From: Raillietiella orientalis
Taxonomy: Eukaryota
DNA length: 47,060 bases
NCBI GenBank assembly: GCA_036172245.1
Contig: JAYWIR010000118.1
Coordinates: 62,001-109,060, forward strand
Direction of reading: 5' to 3'
A program made the position numbers and the translations under genes. The notes under the pieces are model-generated. The model had not been told where the DNA came from, searched no databases, and saw nothing but the letters and a program-made list of their open reading frames with translations. Position 1 is the first letter of the stretch. Each line of letters opens with the position of its first letter. Shown here in pieces: positions 11,411 through 23,666 of this stretch.

Positions 11411-12764
11411 GGAGGTGCGTTCCTCGTACCGTCCGGCGAGGCATCAGCCGGGAGCACGGCGGATGAGGTAGCGCAAGCGCTTCCTGTCCCTGCTGCGCCA
11501 CTCGCGGCCGGCTCGGTGGAGTCGAGGACCATTGCCTCGGGCTCCGAAGAGCATCGGGAACCGTTCCCGGCATGAGGCTCTTGCCTGGCAAGTTTTTGCT
11601 TGCGCGCAGCCCTGGCCTTGACCAAGGCTTGGCGAGCCTTAGCGCTGCCCTCGGACTCCACCTCGGAGTCCGAATTGCGCGCGCGCGGCGGCGGGCGTTT
11701 CGCCTGCCTCTTTGTTTGCTGGCAGCCCGGAGCTGGTCCAGCACTCTTAGAGGGTGCCTTCGTCGCCGATCCCCGTTTCGGGGTCACGGCTTCGGCAGCT
11801 CCCCTCTCGCCGCGGGTGTTTGCGGCGGCGCGCGCGGCGGCAGCAGAGGCTTTTCCTTGCGCCTCTCTGGGCGCGCGGGGTTGCCTCTTCACCCCACCTA
11901 CCTTTGTGATCGGGAAGTGGGAAGGATCGCGCGGTTTGCGCTCCTTCTTTCCCCCGACGAAGGTCCAGGCATCCTCGCCGCCTTCCTGTTTGCCCCGGTT
12001 GGGCGCGAGGGCTTCCAGGGTCCTTCGCATCCCTTTCAAGTCCTCGGATACGGCGATGGAGGCCAGTGTCTCCTTCGCCACGTCTGCCTTCTGCACCTCC
12101 TTACCGGGAGGTGCGGGCACAGTGGCGGGATTCTCGGGTGTCGCGCGAGGCTTTTCAGCCTTTGCTGGCGTTCGGCACGCCGTGGCCGGTTTGCCTGTCG
12201 CGGGCAAAGGACCGCGCGACCCCTTTTTCGACGCTCCGGTGGTCTTCCCGGGCGTGCCACCGCTATTTCGCTCCGGAGAGAGAGCGGACGAAAGCGGCGG
12301 TGGTTTTGCAGCTTGCCCGATGTTATCGGCGGGATGGGACGCTCGGGGCTTCACTGAAGCAGCCTGGAAAAGCTTCTTGTTCTTTCGCGCGGGATTTTGT
12401 GAAGCATTGCTCCGAGAATCGCCCGCGCAAGCGGACTTTTCACTTCTCCGCTGAGAATCCTCTTTCGCGCCTGATTTCTTCCCCGACGACGGGGCGGATG
12501 GAGTCGGCGCTGACGGCGATGTTGCGGGGAGGTTTCTCGCCCTCCTCTTTCGTTTTAGCTCGGCGCACTCGTTAGTCGAGTGGCCGAGCAGCTTACAGTA
12601 TCGGCAACTGCGTGTTGGGCACTTCCGCGGACGGTGGCCCTCCTTCCCGCAGTTGCCGCAAGCGGGGGTTTGCCCGGCAAACCGGAGATAGACGACGACG
12701 TCACCGAGGAGAATCTGCGAAGGCATGAGCCCCCGGTCGTCCATGGTGACGCGCGCCGTCGCAA
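11401..12764 (-). pseudogene. Element F ORF1, 5'-interrupted (two CCHC knuckles followed by a low-complexity basic tail)
   Basis: 447-aa open frame that begins mid-domain (IATARVTMDD...) at the 3' end of element G. Confidence 0.85.
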
Positions 12765-12794
12765 TTCACACCCGGATGTGCCGGGGCATTTATT
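12765..12794 (-). other. 3'-terminal AATAAA + stem-loop (element G)
   Basis: aataaa tgccccgg cacat ccgggtg tgaa. Confidence 0.85.
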
Positions 12795-14881
12795 TCTTTG
12801 AAATAAAAATACATGGTATATCGCGTGGCGAACTCGAAGGTTCACCACTCCAAAACAGCTTGCTGGTTACCAGCACCATGCCGGAGAGTTCCTTCCGATG
12901 CGCGGGGATAAGGAATATAGAAAAACAAAAAGAAACAAAAAGTTGAAATGTGGGTGGGGAAAAAATGTTGTAGGGGTGGGAGGGCCGGGAAGGGATCACG
13001 GTGAGCGTGGACAGGTTCTCTAGATCCTATTCAGGAATTGCACAAGCTGAGTCCTTTCAGCGCCCAAGTGGCGCCACTTGCAGACACTGCGCGCGAAAAG
13101 GCGAGTCCAGTGTAAGGCGTTGCCGGTTGGCTGTAGCCTTCTTCTGGTGGCGTTCCAAGCCGCCACTATTCCTCTGATGCAGCAGAGGACTGCTATACTA
13201 GCGGGAGGAAACAAGGCGTCACTACAGAAGAGGCGCCTGAAAACGTCCTTTGGGTTGCATCCGCGCAAGTTCAGGATCGCCGCGAGACGATCTCACAAAG
13301 GGCGGAAAGCGCCACACTCAAGGAGAAGGTGAGGGAATGTTTTTTTTTCCCCACACCGGTCACAATTGGGATCCACAGCCCCCCGGGTATTGTGGTGCAG
13401 GCGTGCTTTGAATGGAAATCCCCAGGGTACCACAAGCATCGCCACATCCTGCCATTTCAGGGGAAGAAATGCACTGTTCCAGGACGCTGGGGGCCACTTC
13501 ATCTCCTCCGGAGATAATCCGAGTAGCTCACCCCAGCGTCGAATTCCGTTGGTCGGGACACTCGGCGTCGCAGCGTCAGCTAGCTGCCGAGATGTCCACG
13601 CCTTTATCGATTGTGTCCTGCCGCCTATAGTGCAGGACACGGTTCATTTTCCCTGCTCGCTACTGTCCCTGGCATTCAAAAGGAAGGGCAGCACTGGGGC
13701 AGGGGGGTTATCAAGGCCCACAGAAGCTTGTCGTGGGACTGCACGATCTCCTGCAGCGACCAGCGGGCGTGCCTTTTCATACAAGTGTTCCTTGTGCCCG
13801 CCGGAACGTTGATCTTTTCTCAGGTGAAGACTGACTCGTGCAACCAGGCGGAGTAGTTTCCTGAGAGGCAGGAGATCCAGGCGTTCTCCCGAACCGCAAC
13901 GAAGATACATCGCAGCATGGAGCCACAGTATGGTCTTCTGCAGACGCGCGCAGACAGAAACGACAAAAGTCCGCCGATTCCGCAGGCTCGTTGTGCCAGG
14001 AGGCGTGCTGGAACGCACCAAGGCGTGTCCCACAATTCCGCCGCAAGGGCGAGAGTCCTGAATCTGAGTTTCAGTTTCATGCGCTCCAACGTAAGTACGC
14101 CAAGTCCACCGTCCTTACGTGGAGCGCACAAGTCTTTTAGCCTCACACGGGACCTCCCTTTGCCCCAAAGGACCGTCCTCAGGAGGCCCGCTGCTCGTTT
14201 CCGAATAAAATAAGGGGCGGGGCAAACAAAAAGTAGGGGGCGAAGGAGGGGAGCCGCAAACGCGTTCCACACCGCGGCCCGTTCCTGCAAGTAGAACTTG
14301 TCTTCTTGGAACGGACCGATCGCCAACGCTGCCTTTTGGAGACGGTCGGACCAGGCTTCTGCTGCGCAGAAGTCCCCCAACGGTACGCCGAGGTACTTGA
14401 AGCACCTGCCCGTGGGGATCCCCAAGCGGATCCAGTCTGACCGTCCAGCCCACGCCGAACCGACGAAGACCATGGACGACATCGCCCTGTTCACCTCCAG
14501 GCCCGTCCCGCGGCGCAGCAACTCGAAGAATTTTTCGAGTGCACTCGCCGGGGTGGACCCGGGAAGCAGCAGCAGAAGATCGTGTGCATAGACCGACACG
14601 GCAGGCGTGCCGGCACACGAGCTCGGCAGGGTTGCCAGAGTTACCCTGTATGCCCTCAGCACCAACTCTAAGTAGATGCTGAAAAGCAAGGGGCTCAGGC
14701 TGTCACCCTGCCGGATACCGAGTCGGACTGGCACGCCGTACACGTGCCGGCCGCTGAAACCAATATTAATTGACGCGTTGCGCCAGCAGGAGCGTAGGTA
14801 GGACTGGAGCACGGCCGGGAAACCCATGCGTTCCAGGAGCTCCAAAAGGAGTTCCTGGTCGACGAAGTCGAATGCTTTACG
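12765..14881 (-). mobile_element. Element G: 3' part of a LINE (from RT RKAFD to 3' end), degenerate
   Basis: ORF 13820-14845 (GIRQGDSLSPLLF, YAHD, FKYLGVPL), C-terminal CDRCGEKKTFPHLLLEC, stem-loop at 12765-12794. Confidence 0.92.
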
Positions 14882-14890
14882 TCGGCTAGA

Positions 14891-14902
14891 GCGGACGTGT
14901 TT
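14891..14902 (+). promoter_or_regulatory. 5'-terminal motif GCGGACGTGTTT (element H)
   Basis: 9 nt from the element's 5' junction. Confidence 0.55.
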
Positions 14903-16219
14903 CCTCGGTGCTCCTCGTGCCGGGAACCGTCCCTAGGTGTAGGCTTCGTGTGTGGTGGTGGTCGATCAGGCAGCAATGCCTGACGCGACTGTGGTGCACC
15001 TGTTGGTGCGTCCCCGCACGTCTCCTTCTCCAGCGAGCCACCGGCAAGACGGGACTGACGTCGTTTCTTGCACTCCGTCGCCGCGTCAACCGATGCGGAC
15101 TTCAGCTACGGAGGGTGGCTGCGCTGTATCGGAAAAACCCAGAATTGCTCACCTGTCGCCCGTTGAACAGTAGTGCCTGGTTGCAGGAAACAGTTCGAAC
15201 GTGGGGACAGTTCGGCATGCAACGCTCCCAACAGGAACGAAGGTTCCTGTTTGGGGGTTACAGAAGTTGCACGCTCTGCGAGATCATGGAGGATCCAAAG
15301 AAGAGAGCGTGGGCAGGAAGAACCCCCCTTGCTGCTGCGCTTTCCTCCCTGATGGAAGATCTAGACAGTGATGTTGCGGCGAAGTGGGTGGTTACAGTAA
15401 CAATCTCCGGAAAGGAGAAGAAGGTAGGAGAGTGTAAGACGGGCCAGTTAACAGACGCTGCGACCCCGAGTACGCCTCCCAATGGACTTCTGCTCTGGGG
15501 CGCGCTGCTCGATGTTCCCATTGAACATCTGAAGTGGCCCCCGGTGCTCATGAACACTTCCGCCCTCCCCTTAAAATGGCAGACGTCGGCTTTCCTGTTG
15601 CAGCACTGGGGACTCCCCTGCAACGCGTGCCGTCACCACTGGACCTGGGGAGCGGTGGACCCCAATTGCGTCAGGTGTGGGGAACGGGATTCCCTCCCCC
15701 TCCTGCTAGTGGATTGTGTTGCCCTTCGGCCCCTTTGGTTTCGCTTTGCCGCGGCCATTTGAAACCCCTGCGGCAACCCCAGGGACGCACTGAAAGCCCT
15801 CTTCGTTGCCGACGCCCTCCGGCCAGCGGCCTCCTTAGCAGCTTTGTGCTGCCTACGCTGGATCGTCACCGCTTGGAGGAAGGCTACGGGAGAACAACGC
15901 AACCAGGGTGCCATCCAGCCATCCTACCAGTTCCTCAGGAGGGCGTCCCGATGGCCCCACCTGGATCCAGGAATACAGAAGGAGCTTGCCGGCATCCTGC
16001 AAAGGAAGCAGCGGCCCCACCAGCAACTGTGATCCACTCCCTTACCCTTCCAACTTTTGTTTTCTTTTTTGTTTTTTTTTTTGTTTTTCCCTCTTCCCCC
16101 TACTGCCGTGGTGGACCGTATCGTTCTGCGAACCGATGACTCGGCAGGCTCTGTGTTGCTTTGAGCGTGGCTGGCGCAATGGTCCAGCCACCGCACGTCT
16201 TTGTAAATGTTTATTTTAC

Positions 16220-16250
16220 AATAAACGCCCCGGCGAAATCCGGGTAAAAA
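16220..16250 (+). other. 3'-terminal AATAAA + stem-loop (element H)
   Basis: aataaa cgccccgg cgaaat ccgggt aaaaa. Confidence 0.85.
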
Positions 16251-16416
16251 TTGACGGGGGAGACGAGCTTGCTTGGCTTTGTGGACTTACGTCCACCCTT
16301 CTTGCGCGGTGCCGTGGAAACGGAGTCTGCGCTTCCGGTCTCCACCTCGGGATCGGAAGTGGGGGACTCCTGAGGGGAGGCGGGACGCCTTACGGCCTTG
16401 TTGCCAGCCTTGGAGG
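16251..16416 (-). mobile_element. Element I, left piece: ORF1 C-terminal fragment
   Basis: Reverse complement matches element L ORF1 at ~41248-41412. Continues at 33892 after the inserted element J. Confidence 0.85.
16407..16416. repeat. Target site duplication of element J (gccttggagg), left copy
   Basis: Identical 10-mer at 33892-33901. The homologous uninterrupted ORF1 in element L has it once. Confidence 0.85.
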
Positions 16417-16447
16417 TTTACACCCGTGTACGCCTGGGGCGTTTATT
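16417..16447 (-). other. 3'-terminal AATAAA + stem-loop (element J)
   Basis: aataaa cgccccagg cgtac acgggtg taaa. Confidence 0.75.
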
Positions 16448-19400
16448 GTTAAAACTCTACATCCGCGGTACAAGGCCTTGCTCACGACCATATCCACTGG
16501 ACCTGCCGGGACGCCGCGACGCAGCCCAGCGTAGCGTTCCTCAGCAGCGAAGGGGGATGGGGATAAAACAAAAAGAAAAATAAAAAAATAAACAGACAAA
16601 AAGAAGTTGGAGGGCAGGGAAGGGATCACTAAACGCTTTGAGGAGGTCCCATCCGTTGAAGGATGCGCTCTCGGTCCGTCCGTATATCCGCCAGTTGGGG
16701 CCATCCGGAAGCTCTACGCATAAAGCGTTGGGCGCATGTGGCGACATCCCTCGCGTGTGGACCCACTCCTTCGTTATTGGCGTCGCTCCATGCCGTTACG
16801 ATGCCACGGAAACAGCACAAGGCTGCGATGGCTGCGGCTGGCTGCAGTGCGTCCTTCAGGAAGAATGGCCGAAGAACGTCTCTGGAGGTGCTCCCCGTAG
16901 GGAGCACGAGGTTCGCCCCGAACCGTTCCCAGAGGGGTCGAATGGCAACACTGTCCACAATAATGTGGGAGAGCGATTCCCACTCGCCGCACCTGACACA
17001 CTCAGTATCCACAGTTCCCCTTGTCCAGTGAAAGCGGCGTGCGTTGCAGGGTAAACCCCAGTGGAGCAGTAGAAACGCCGACTCTTGCAACTTAAGGGGT
17101 AGGATCTTGGATTCTTTCAGTACTGGGGGCCACTTCAGCACATCCGTATGGATGACGAGCAGCTCGCCCCATCTCATCAAACCACGCGGCTGGACGCTCG
17201 GGGTCGTGGCGTCCGCCATTCTTCTGTGGTCCAACCGCTAAACATCTTCTCCCTCCATGATATCTGGCAGGTGACTTGCCACATCGGCCTCTGGAGATCC
17301 TGAAGCGCCCTCAGGAGGTAGTGCATCGCCGTAGCAAGGAACGTCTTCAACGCCCACCTGCGACTCCGAAGAAATTCCAGTATTTCCCGCAGGGTGCGGT
17401 TGGCGTATGGGCAGATTCGCAGCCAGTTCATGTTGTTTTCACTGCTCCGGTTCTGCTTAGCCCATGTGCCAGCAAACTCTTCCAGCCAGGCGGAAGATAT
17501 GGCGAGGCCACAAAACATCCAACCGTTGTCTTCGCCAGGGTTGCTATGCATCCGAGCATAAGGACGCATCTTCGGATCTTCCGGCCAGGGCACAGAAGAA
17601 ACGATGCGAGTCCTTCGCATCGGGACACACGCCTGGCGAGGAGGCGGGCCGGAACGCACCAAGGGGTGCTCCACATCTTCGCTGCGATGGCGAGGGTTCG
17701 CCACCGCAGCTGGATTTCCACGCGCTCCAGCGTCAGGAGGCCAAGGCCGCCGTCCCTACGCGGAACGCACAAGTCCTTCAGAGGGACTCGGGGCCTTCCC
17801 TTGCCACAAAGGGCTATGCGGAGGAGGTCCTTTGTCTTCTTTTTGCATTCTCTGGGGGCGGGGCAAACAAAAAGCAAGTAGCGGAGGATGAAGGCCGCAA
17901 AAGCGTTCCAAACCGCGGCCCGTTCCGGCAAGTGAAACTTGCCTTCCAGGAACGGGCCGATCGCCGTCTCAACTTTTTGAAGACAGCTGGACCACGCTTT
18001 CGCAGGGGAGTAGTCACCCAACCGCACACCAAGGTACTTCAGGCACCTCGTCGTGGGGTTCCCTAGACGGACCCAGTCCTGATGCCCTACCAACGCCGCA
18101 CCAACTGCCACCACCGACGACTACGCCCTGTTGACCTGCAGTCCTTTGATACGGCTGAGCAGATCAAAGAAGTCTCCGACCGCCTTCTCCGGGGTGGACA
18201 TAGGTAAAAGGAGCAGAAGATCGTCGGCGTACGCTGCTACGGCGGGCGTGGCGGGGCACGAGCTCGGCTAGGGTGCCAAGGTAAACCTGTACGCTCTCAG
18301 CACCAACTCAATGTAGGTGCTGAAGAGCAGGGGACTAAGGTTGTCGCCCTGCCGTATGCCCCGCCGTAACAGCACGATGTACGCCTCCTGACTGATAGAA
18401 AAGATGGAGATCATCGCATTCCATTAGCAAGAGCGCAGGTAGGTAATCAAGGAGGATGGGAAGCCCATGCGACCCAGGAGCTCCAACAAAAGCACCTGGT
18501 CAACACAGTCGAACGCCTTATGGAGATCGACTGCGAGCGCTAAGGCCCCCTTCCCTGCCCAAGTGTCCATTCCCTACCCTGCTTGCGGCCCCAAATTGGG
18601 GTTGCCGATTTTTCCTCTCCCTTCCTTTTGACACCTCTGCGCGTGTATCCATGTCCTCGCGAAGAAGAGGTTGGCATCCATGCTTCGCCCGGGAACAGCA
18701 TAAGTCTGCTCCGGGCTAATTATGGATTCTGCCACCTGCCCCGGACGCGAAGCCCATAGCCCCGCAACCAACTTGGCGTCCGTATTCACAATCGTGATCG
18801 GACGCCAGTTGTTCAAATTCCTAAGGTCTCCCCCTTTCGGAAGGAGCCTCACTCTGGCTGAACGAAACGAGGCGGGAACATCGCCTTCGCCTCGGATCAG
18901 CCTTGTCAGCTGAAGCAGCAGGGGTGCCAGCTCTTCCGCAAAGCTCTGAGAGAACTCCGCGGGCAAGCCGTCTTACCTTGGAGCTTTCCGCCTCTTGAGC
19001 CTTTTGATACCGGCGAGAATTTCGCCGGTGGTAAAAGGCTCATCGAGGCTTAACGACTCCTCCTCCCCTATTCTCGCGACACCGTCCGGAAGCAAGAGCC
19101 AAGAAACATCTTGATCCGGGGGCGCCCTGGCGTAAAGGAAGCAATAATAACTCCGCACGAGATACCGTACCGACGCCGGGGACGAACATTCCCGGCACTG
19201 GTCGTTCAGAAAGCTGGCCGACCCGGATTGCCAGACTTGGCGTTCGGCCCCGGCGCGGTACTCGGCCAGGCGACGGGCATTAGGAGTTCGCTCGTAGCTA
19301 CGGGCCTGTAAATAGGCCCGATGGTTGCGAGGACCCTAGCCGAATCCGGAGGGCAGGCGGTCCAGGGGGAACTGCTCGCAGAACTCCCGGACCGATTCCT

Positions 19401-19751
19401 TAAAAAGGTCCCAGTCCTAAAGAATCGAGAGCGTGACGTCTCTCAGGTATTCGCGAAGGTGTTCCTTTGCACCTGAGAGTCGCAACCAGTCCGCGGGTAG
19501 ACGCCAGTCCCTGAATGGCAGTCCTTTGTCGCGATGCCGCATCTGGAAATTTAACCGGGAATGGTCCGACAACGTTGATGCAACCCTCCCTTGTTTGCCG
19601 ACACGTTAACACAGTTCAGCGTCGAGGAACACGTGGTCGATGCTGCGGACCATTCCCTTTTCACCCGCGACCAAGTTTTGCGCACGCATGGCGGCGCACA
19701 ACTCGTTCATAGCGTTCACTTGTGTTTCCGGCTCACCTGTTTGCAGGCGGA

Positions 19752-19760
19752 GATTGAAAT
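19752..19760. repeat. 9-bp TSD gattgaaat, copy 1 of 3
   Basis: Also at 25667-25675 and 31579-31587. Its reverse complement lies in the GDFN codons of element J's endonuclease. Confidence 0.9.
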
Positions 19761-19790
19761 TCATCACCCGGTCTAGCCGGGGAGTTTATT
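19761..19790 (-). other. 3'-terminal AATAAA + stem-loop (element K1)
   Basis: aataaa ctccccgg ctaga ccgggtg atga, then the TSD. Confidence 0.85.
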
Positions 19791-20072
19791 AATAATAATA
19801 AGCTGGTCAGGGACAATGCCCCAACCAACAGAACGACAGAGAACACAGAAAATCTACCGGCACGCAGTCCTGTTAAACAAACCGCTCGCAGCGTGGGGGG
19901 AATGAGGGGAAACAAACAAAAATCAAAAACTGGGGGGAAGGGAAAAGGGTTTTTGGTTAGGCTCCGTACTCACGGGGACTTATACGATGAGCACCTGAAA
20001 TGTTCCGGAGCCTATATGGAGGCGGGTGTAAAAACAAAATACAAATTTAGTTTATGGAGGGTAGGGCAATGA

Positions 20073-23000
20073 TCACCGGGTTGGCCGCTGATGAGGGTGT
20101 GTAAACCGGCGGTGTATTGCGGCGAGATTCCTTTTTGTCTCCTCTGTCAAATGAGGCCATCTAGCGGATGCTCCCATGTAGAAGGATGCTTTGCTGATTA
20201 CCTCTTGGTACTATTCGTTAATTACCAACGCCTGGCGGACAAAAGCTATCGCGCGTATGCAACCGATGGTTGTAATCCTTGCGCTTAGTGACAGCCCGCT
20301 CGGCGTGAAGAATCGTCGCAGAAAGTCTCTTGCGGTGTCCACGGGATGCAATAGTGCTGTTGCCAGCCTACGCCACAGTCCTTGTAGGACACCGCAGTCC
20401 AGAAGTAGGTGCGGAATCGACTCCGTCGATCCGCACCGAACGCAGTTCGCAGACGCAAGTCCCCCGGAGTCACGATGCCAACGCTCGTTGCACTGAAAAC
20501 CCCAGTGAACGAAAAGCAGCACAACTTGTTTCCAAGGAAGAGGGAGCAGCGAACTGTCAATACACTGTGGAGGGACTACAAGTTCTTCGGAATTGACAGC
20601 AAGTTCTTCTGCCCACCATAGGAGTCCCTTTGCAGTAAAACGAGGAGTGGCGGCGTCCGCCAACTCACTCGTCTTCCAGGCGCCAAGGATTTTGGTTTTT
20701 CCCGCTATCGTGCAAAAAACCTCCCACCTCGCCGGTTGGTAACTGTCGTTTCTTGCCCTAAGGGCAGACAGCGCTGCGGCAAGAGGCATGGCAGCCAGGG
20801 TAGAAAACTTCACCTCGTCCTGCAGTACTTCTTCCAAGGATCGTGAAAAAAATTGACGCAGGGGCCGAAGATCCTCAGGGCGTATTCCTTGGATCGCCGA
20901 CCAGGATTCAACAGACTCCTGCCGCCAAGCTTCAAAGTTTATTGGGCGGCAGGAGATCCACGAGTGAGCATCCAGAAGTGCGGTCAACTGCCGCAAAGGA
21001 GACCCGAAACCCCGCTTCCTGTATTGAGTGCTCGGCAAAAGCGAGAGAAATCCCTAGCTGCCGGCGCATCTCCGCAGGAGAATGCGGGATGGCACACACA
21101 GGGGGGATGTCCATAGCTGGGCACACAGTGCCAGCAGTCGGAACTGCACCTGCAGTCCCATTCGCTCCATTGTCAAGATAAACAAACCAGCATTCCGACG
21201 CGGAGCTCACAAATCTTTAAGGCGGATTCTGGATCTCGCCGGACCCCAGAAAGCGTTCCTGAGCAGTCGTTTAGCCCGCTGTTTTGCCGCATAGGGGGGG
21301 TCAAAAACCAAAAACGGAGGACGGAGGAGGGGGGCCACAAAGGTGTTCCAAATAGTCGCCCGTTCCTGCAAGGTAAACTTGCCGTTAAAGAACTGGCTGA
21401 TGGCCAACTCTGCTTTCTGAAGACAGTCCGCTCACGCTTCGGCTGCGCCGAAAGCGCCCAACGGAACGCCAAGGTAATTAAAGTACCCGCCCGTGGGGAT
21501 CCCCAGGCGGATCCAGTCGGACTGCCCCTCCCACGACGTACCCACAGGAACGACCACGCTATTCTCTCTGTTCACGCTCACGCCCGCTCCCCGACGAATC
21601 AGGTCAAAGAAATCCTCGACACTGGACGCCGGGGTGGACATGGGAAGAATAAAAAGCAGGTCATCAGCGTAGGCGGCCACGGCAGGCGTTCCCGGGCAGG
21701 AGCTTGGCAACTGAGACAGCGTCAGCCTGTATGCTCTTAGCAGCAACTCAAAGAAGATGCTGAAGAGCAAGGGGCTTAAGCTGTCGCCCTGTCGGATGCC
21801 CTTACGAACGGGAATACCATACACGCGGCAGCCGCTGAAAGTAATGCACGTTAGCGCGTGGCGCCAGCACGCGCGCAAATACAGCAGGAGTTGCGCCGGG
21901 AACCCAAGGCGTTCCAGAAGCTCCAAAAGCAGCTTCTGGTATACGCAGTCGAACGCCTTGTGGAGATCGACCGCGACCGCCAAGGCACCTGGCGTTCCCT
22001 CCTGCCGTCGGCGCCTGTTCTTCTTGCCTGCGGCAGTGACTTTCGCAGCAGCCTGGCTTTGCTGCGCCACAACTTCCTGCAGCTGCATCCATGTACGCGC
22101 GAAAAGGATGTTCGCCTTCATGGATCGTCCCGGAACCGCGTAGGTTGGTTCCGGGCTCACCACAGATTCCGCGATACTTTCTAACCGCGCGACCCACAGC
22201 TTGGAAAACAACTTGACGTCCGAGTTCACCAAGGTGATCGGACACCAGTTGTTAAGTTGACGCAAGTCCCCGCCTTTCGGCAGGAGACGCCCCTTCGCTG
22301 AGCGGAAGGAATCCGGGACATTCCCGGATTCACTCATCAGCGTCGCGAGTTTCAGAATCAAGGGAATGAGGTCCACTTCAAAGCACTGATAAAACCCTGC
22401 AGGAAGCCCATCATCGCCTGGCGCCTTTCGTCTCTTCAGCCCAGCGTTGGCGTACGAAAATTCATCCGCCGTGAAAAGCTCGTTGAGACGTTCGCGTTCC
22501 TCCTCGCCGACAACACGAGCATCCTGAGACAGGAGTATCTCAGAAAGAATATCCTCCGTCAGGGATTCCGCGTACAGCGAGGAGTAGTAGCGTCTAACGA
22601 TGCGGTGTACTTCGGCTGGGGCCGAACATTCCTGGCCCTTGTCGTCCAACAAGCATGCTGCTCCGGACTGCCAGACCTGGCGCTCGGCCCTCGCCTTGTA
22701 CTCCGCAAGACGCTTGACATCCGCGTGTCTCGAAAACGTGCGGGCCTGCAGAAAGTCTCTACTGTTGGCCACGCCCTCTCCGAAACCGCGTGGAAGCCGG
22801 TGCAAGTGGAATTATCAACAGAATTCGCGGACAGATCTTTTGAGATCGTCCCAGTCCGCAAGTTCTTGAATGGCAAAGCCCCGGAGGTATCCACGTAGAT
22901 GCTCCGCAGCCTCCGGTTGGCTCAGCCAATCCGCCTCCATCCTCCAGCTTTGCAACGGAGGCCCCCTGCCTGGCGGAAGGATCTGAAACTCCAACCTGTG

Positions 23001-23666
23001 GTGGTCAGACAGCTCAGTCAACAATCTTTCTCTCCTGCCCACACGCGAATGCAGGTTTTCATCGAGGAAAACGTGATCGAGCGATCTTTCCATTCCAGGT
23101 TCGCTGACCATCAAGTTGGCGGCGGAAACGGACGCGCACATCTCGATGGGCAGCGCGCGCTCCCTCGGGCGGCTCCAATCGTCGGAGAGCAGGCGGACGT
23201 TGAAGTCCCCAGCGACGAGGTGCGCCACTTGGAAGCCGGAGTTGTTGAGCCACTGGCTCTGCACCTCACCAAAGAAAGCTACTCTTTCTTCGAGGTAGCG
23301 AGAGCCACTCGGCGCGTAGACGTTCGTAACGACGAGATCGATGGACTCGGACCACTTGATGACAAGCTGGCCTATCCGTCCATCGTCATCGAAACGAACA
23401 CTACGCACCGCTTCCGCCGTTTTTCCTCTTACGAGGAACGCGACGCCGCACGTGTGTGCGCCGTCGCACCGCCAATGTAGCGTTCCGCCTGCGCGCTCCT
23501 CGATTTCGGCTGCCTGCTCGTCGGAGATTACGTGAATCTCCTGCAGGAGCGCGAGGTCGAAGGGGCGCAGTGCGTTGGCTACTAATCGCCTCTTCTCGTC
23601 GTTCTGTAGTCCGTTCACGTTCCAACACGTTACGGACAGACGACGAGAAGACGCGATTCCCCGCAT
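20073..23666 (-). pseudogene. K1 ORF2 (APE endonuclease, reverse transcriptase, CCHC finger; ~1190 codons) with premature stops
   Basis: ORF pieces 22815-23666 (EN), 21432-22805 (RT with AAYADD), 21207-21407 and 20211-21038 (CVRCGSTESIPHLLLDC). Confidence 0.92.

Larger units (their letters stand above)
10338..12764 (-). mobile_element. Element F: internal LINE segment (ORF1 C-terminal two-thirds, endonuclease, part of the linker)
   Basis: ORF 11401-12744 has CGNCGKEGHRPRKC and CRYCKLLGHSTNEC. ORF 10301-11410 has WNVNGL, LQEIH, NVYAP, GDFS, DHVF and SDH. Confidence 0.92.
14882..16250 (+). mobile_element. Element H: LINE 5' UTR (~107 bp) fused directly to an ORF2 C-terminus and 3' end
   Basis: 14882-14988 matches the 5' end of element L (39872-39978). 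14989-16250 is a close inverted copy of element B 924-2185. Terminal stem-loop at 16220-16250. Confidence 0.85.

Noticed and set aside
14905..14935. HDV-like ribozyme suggested by the tcctcgt (L3-like) core in the H/L 5' UTR
   Set aside because: I could not build P1, P1.1, P2 and a 3-bp P3 in the required nested-pseudoknot order; a simple long hairpin fits better.
21432..22805. RT as a bacterial retron, group II intron or DGR enzyme (YADD motif)
   Set aside because: It is fused to an APE endonuclease and a CCHC finger and preceded by a gag-like ORF1, the standard eukaryotic non-LTR layout.
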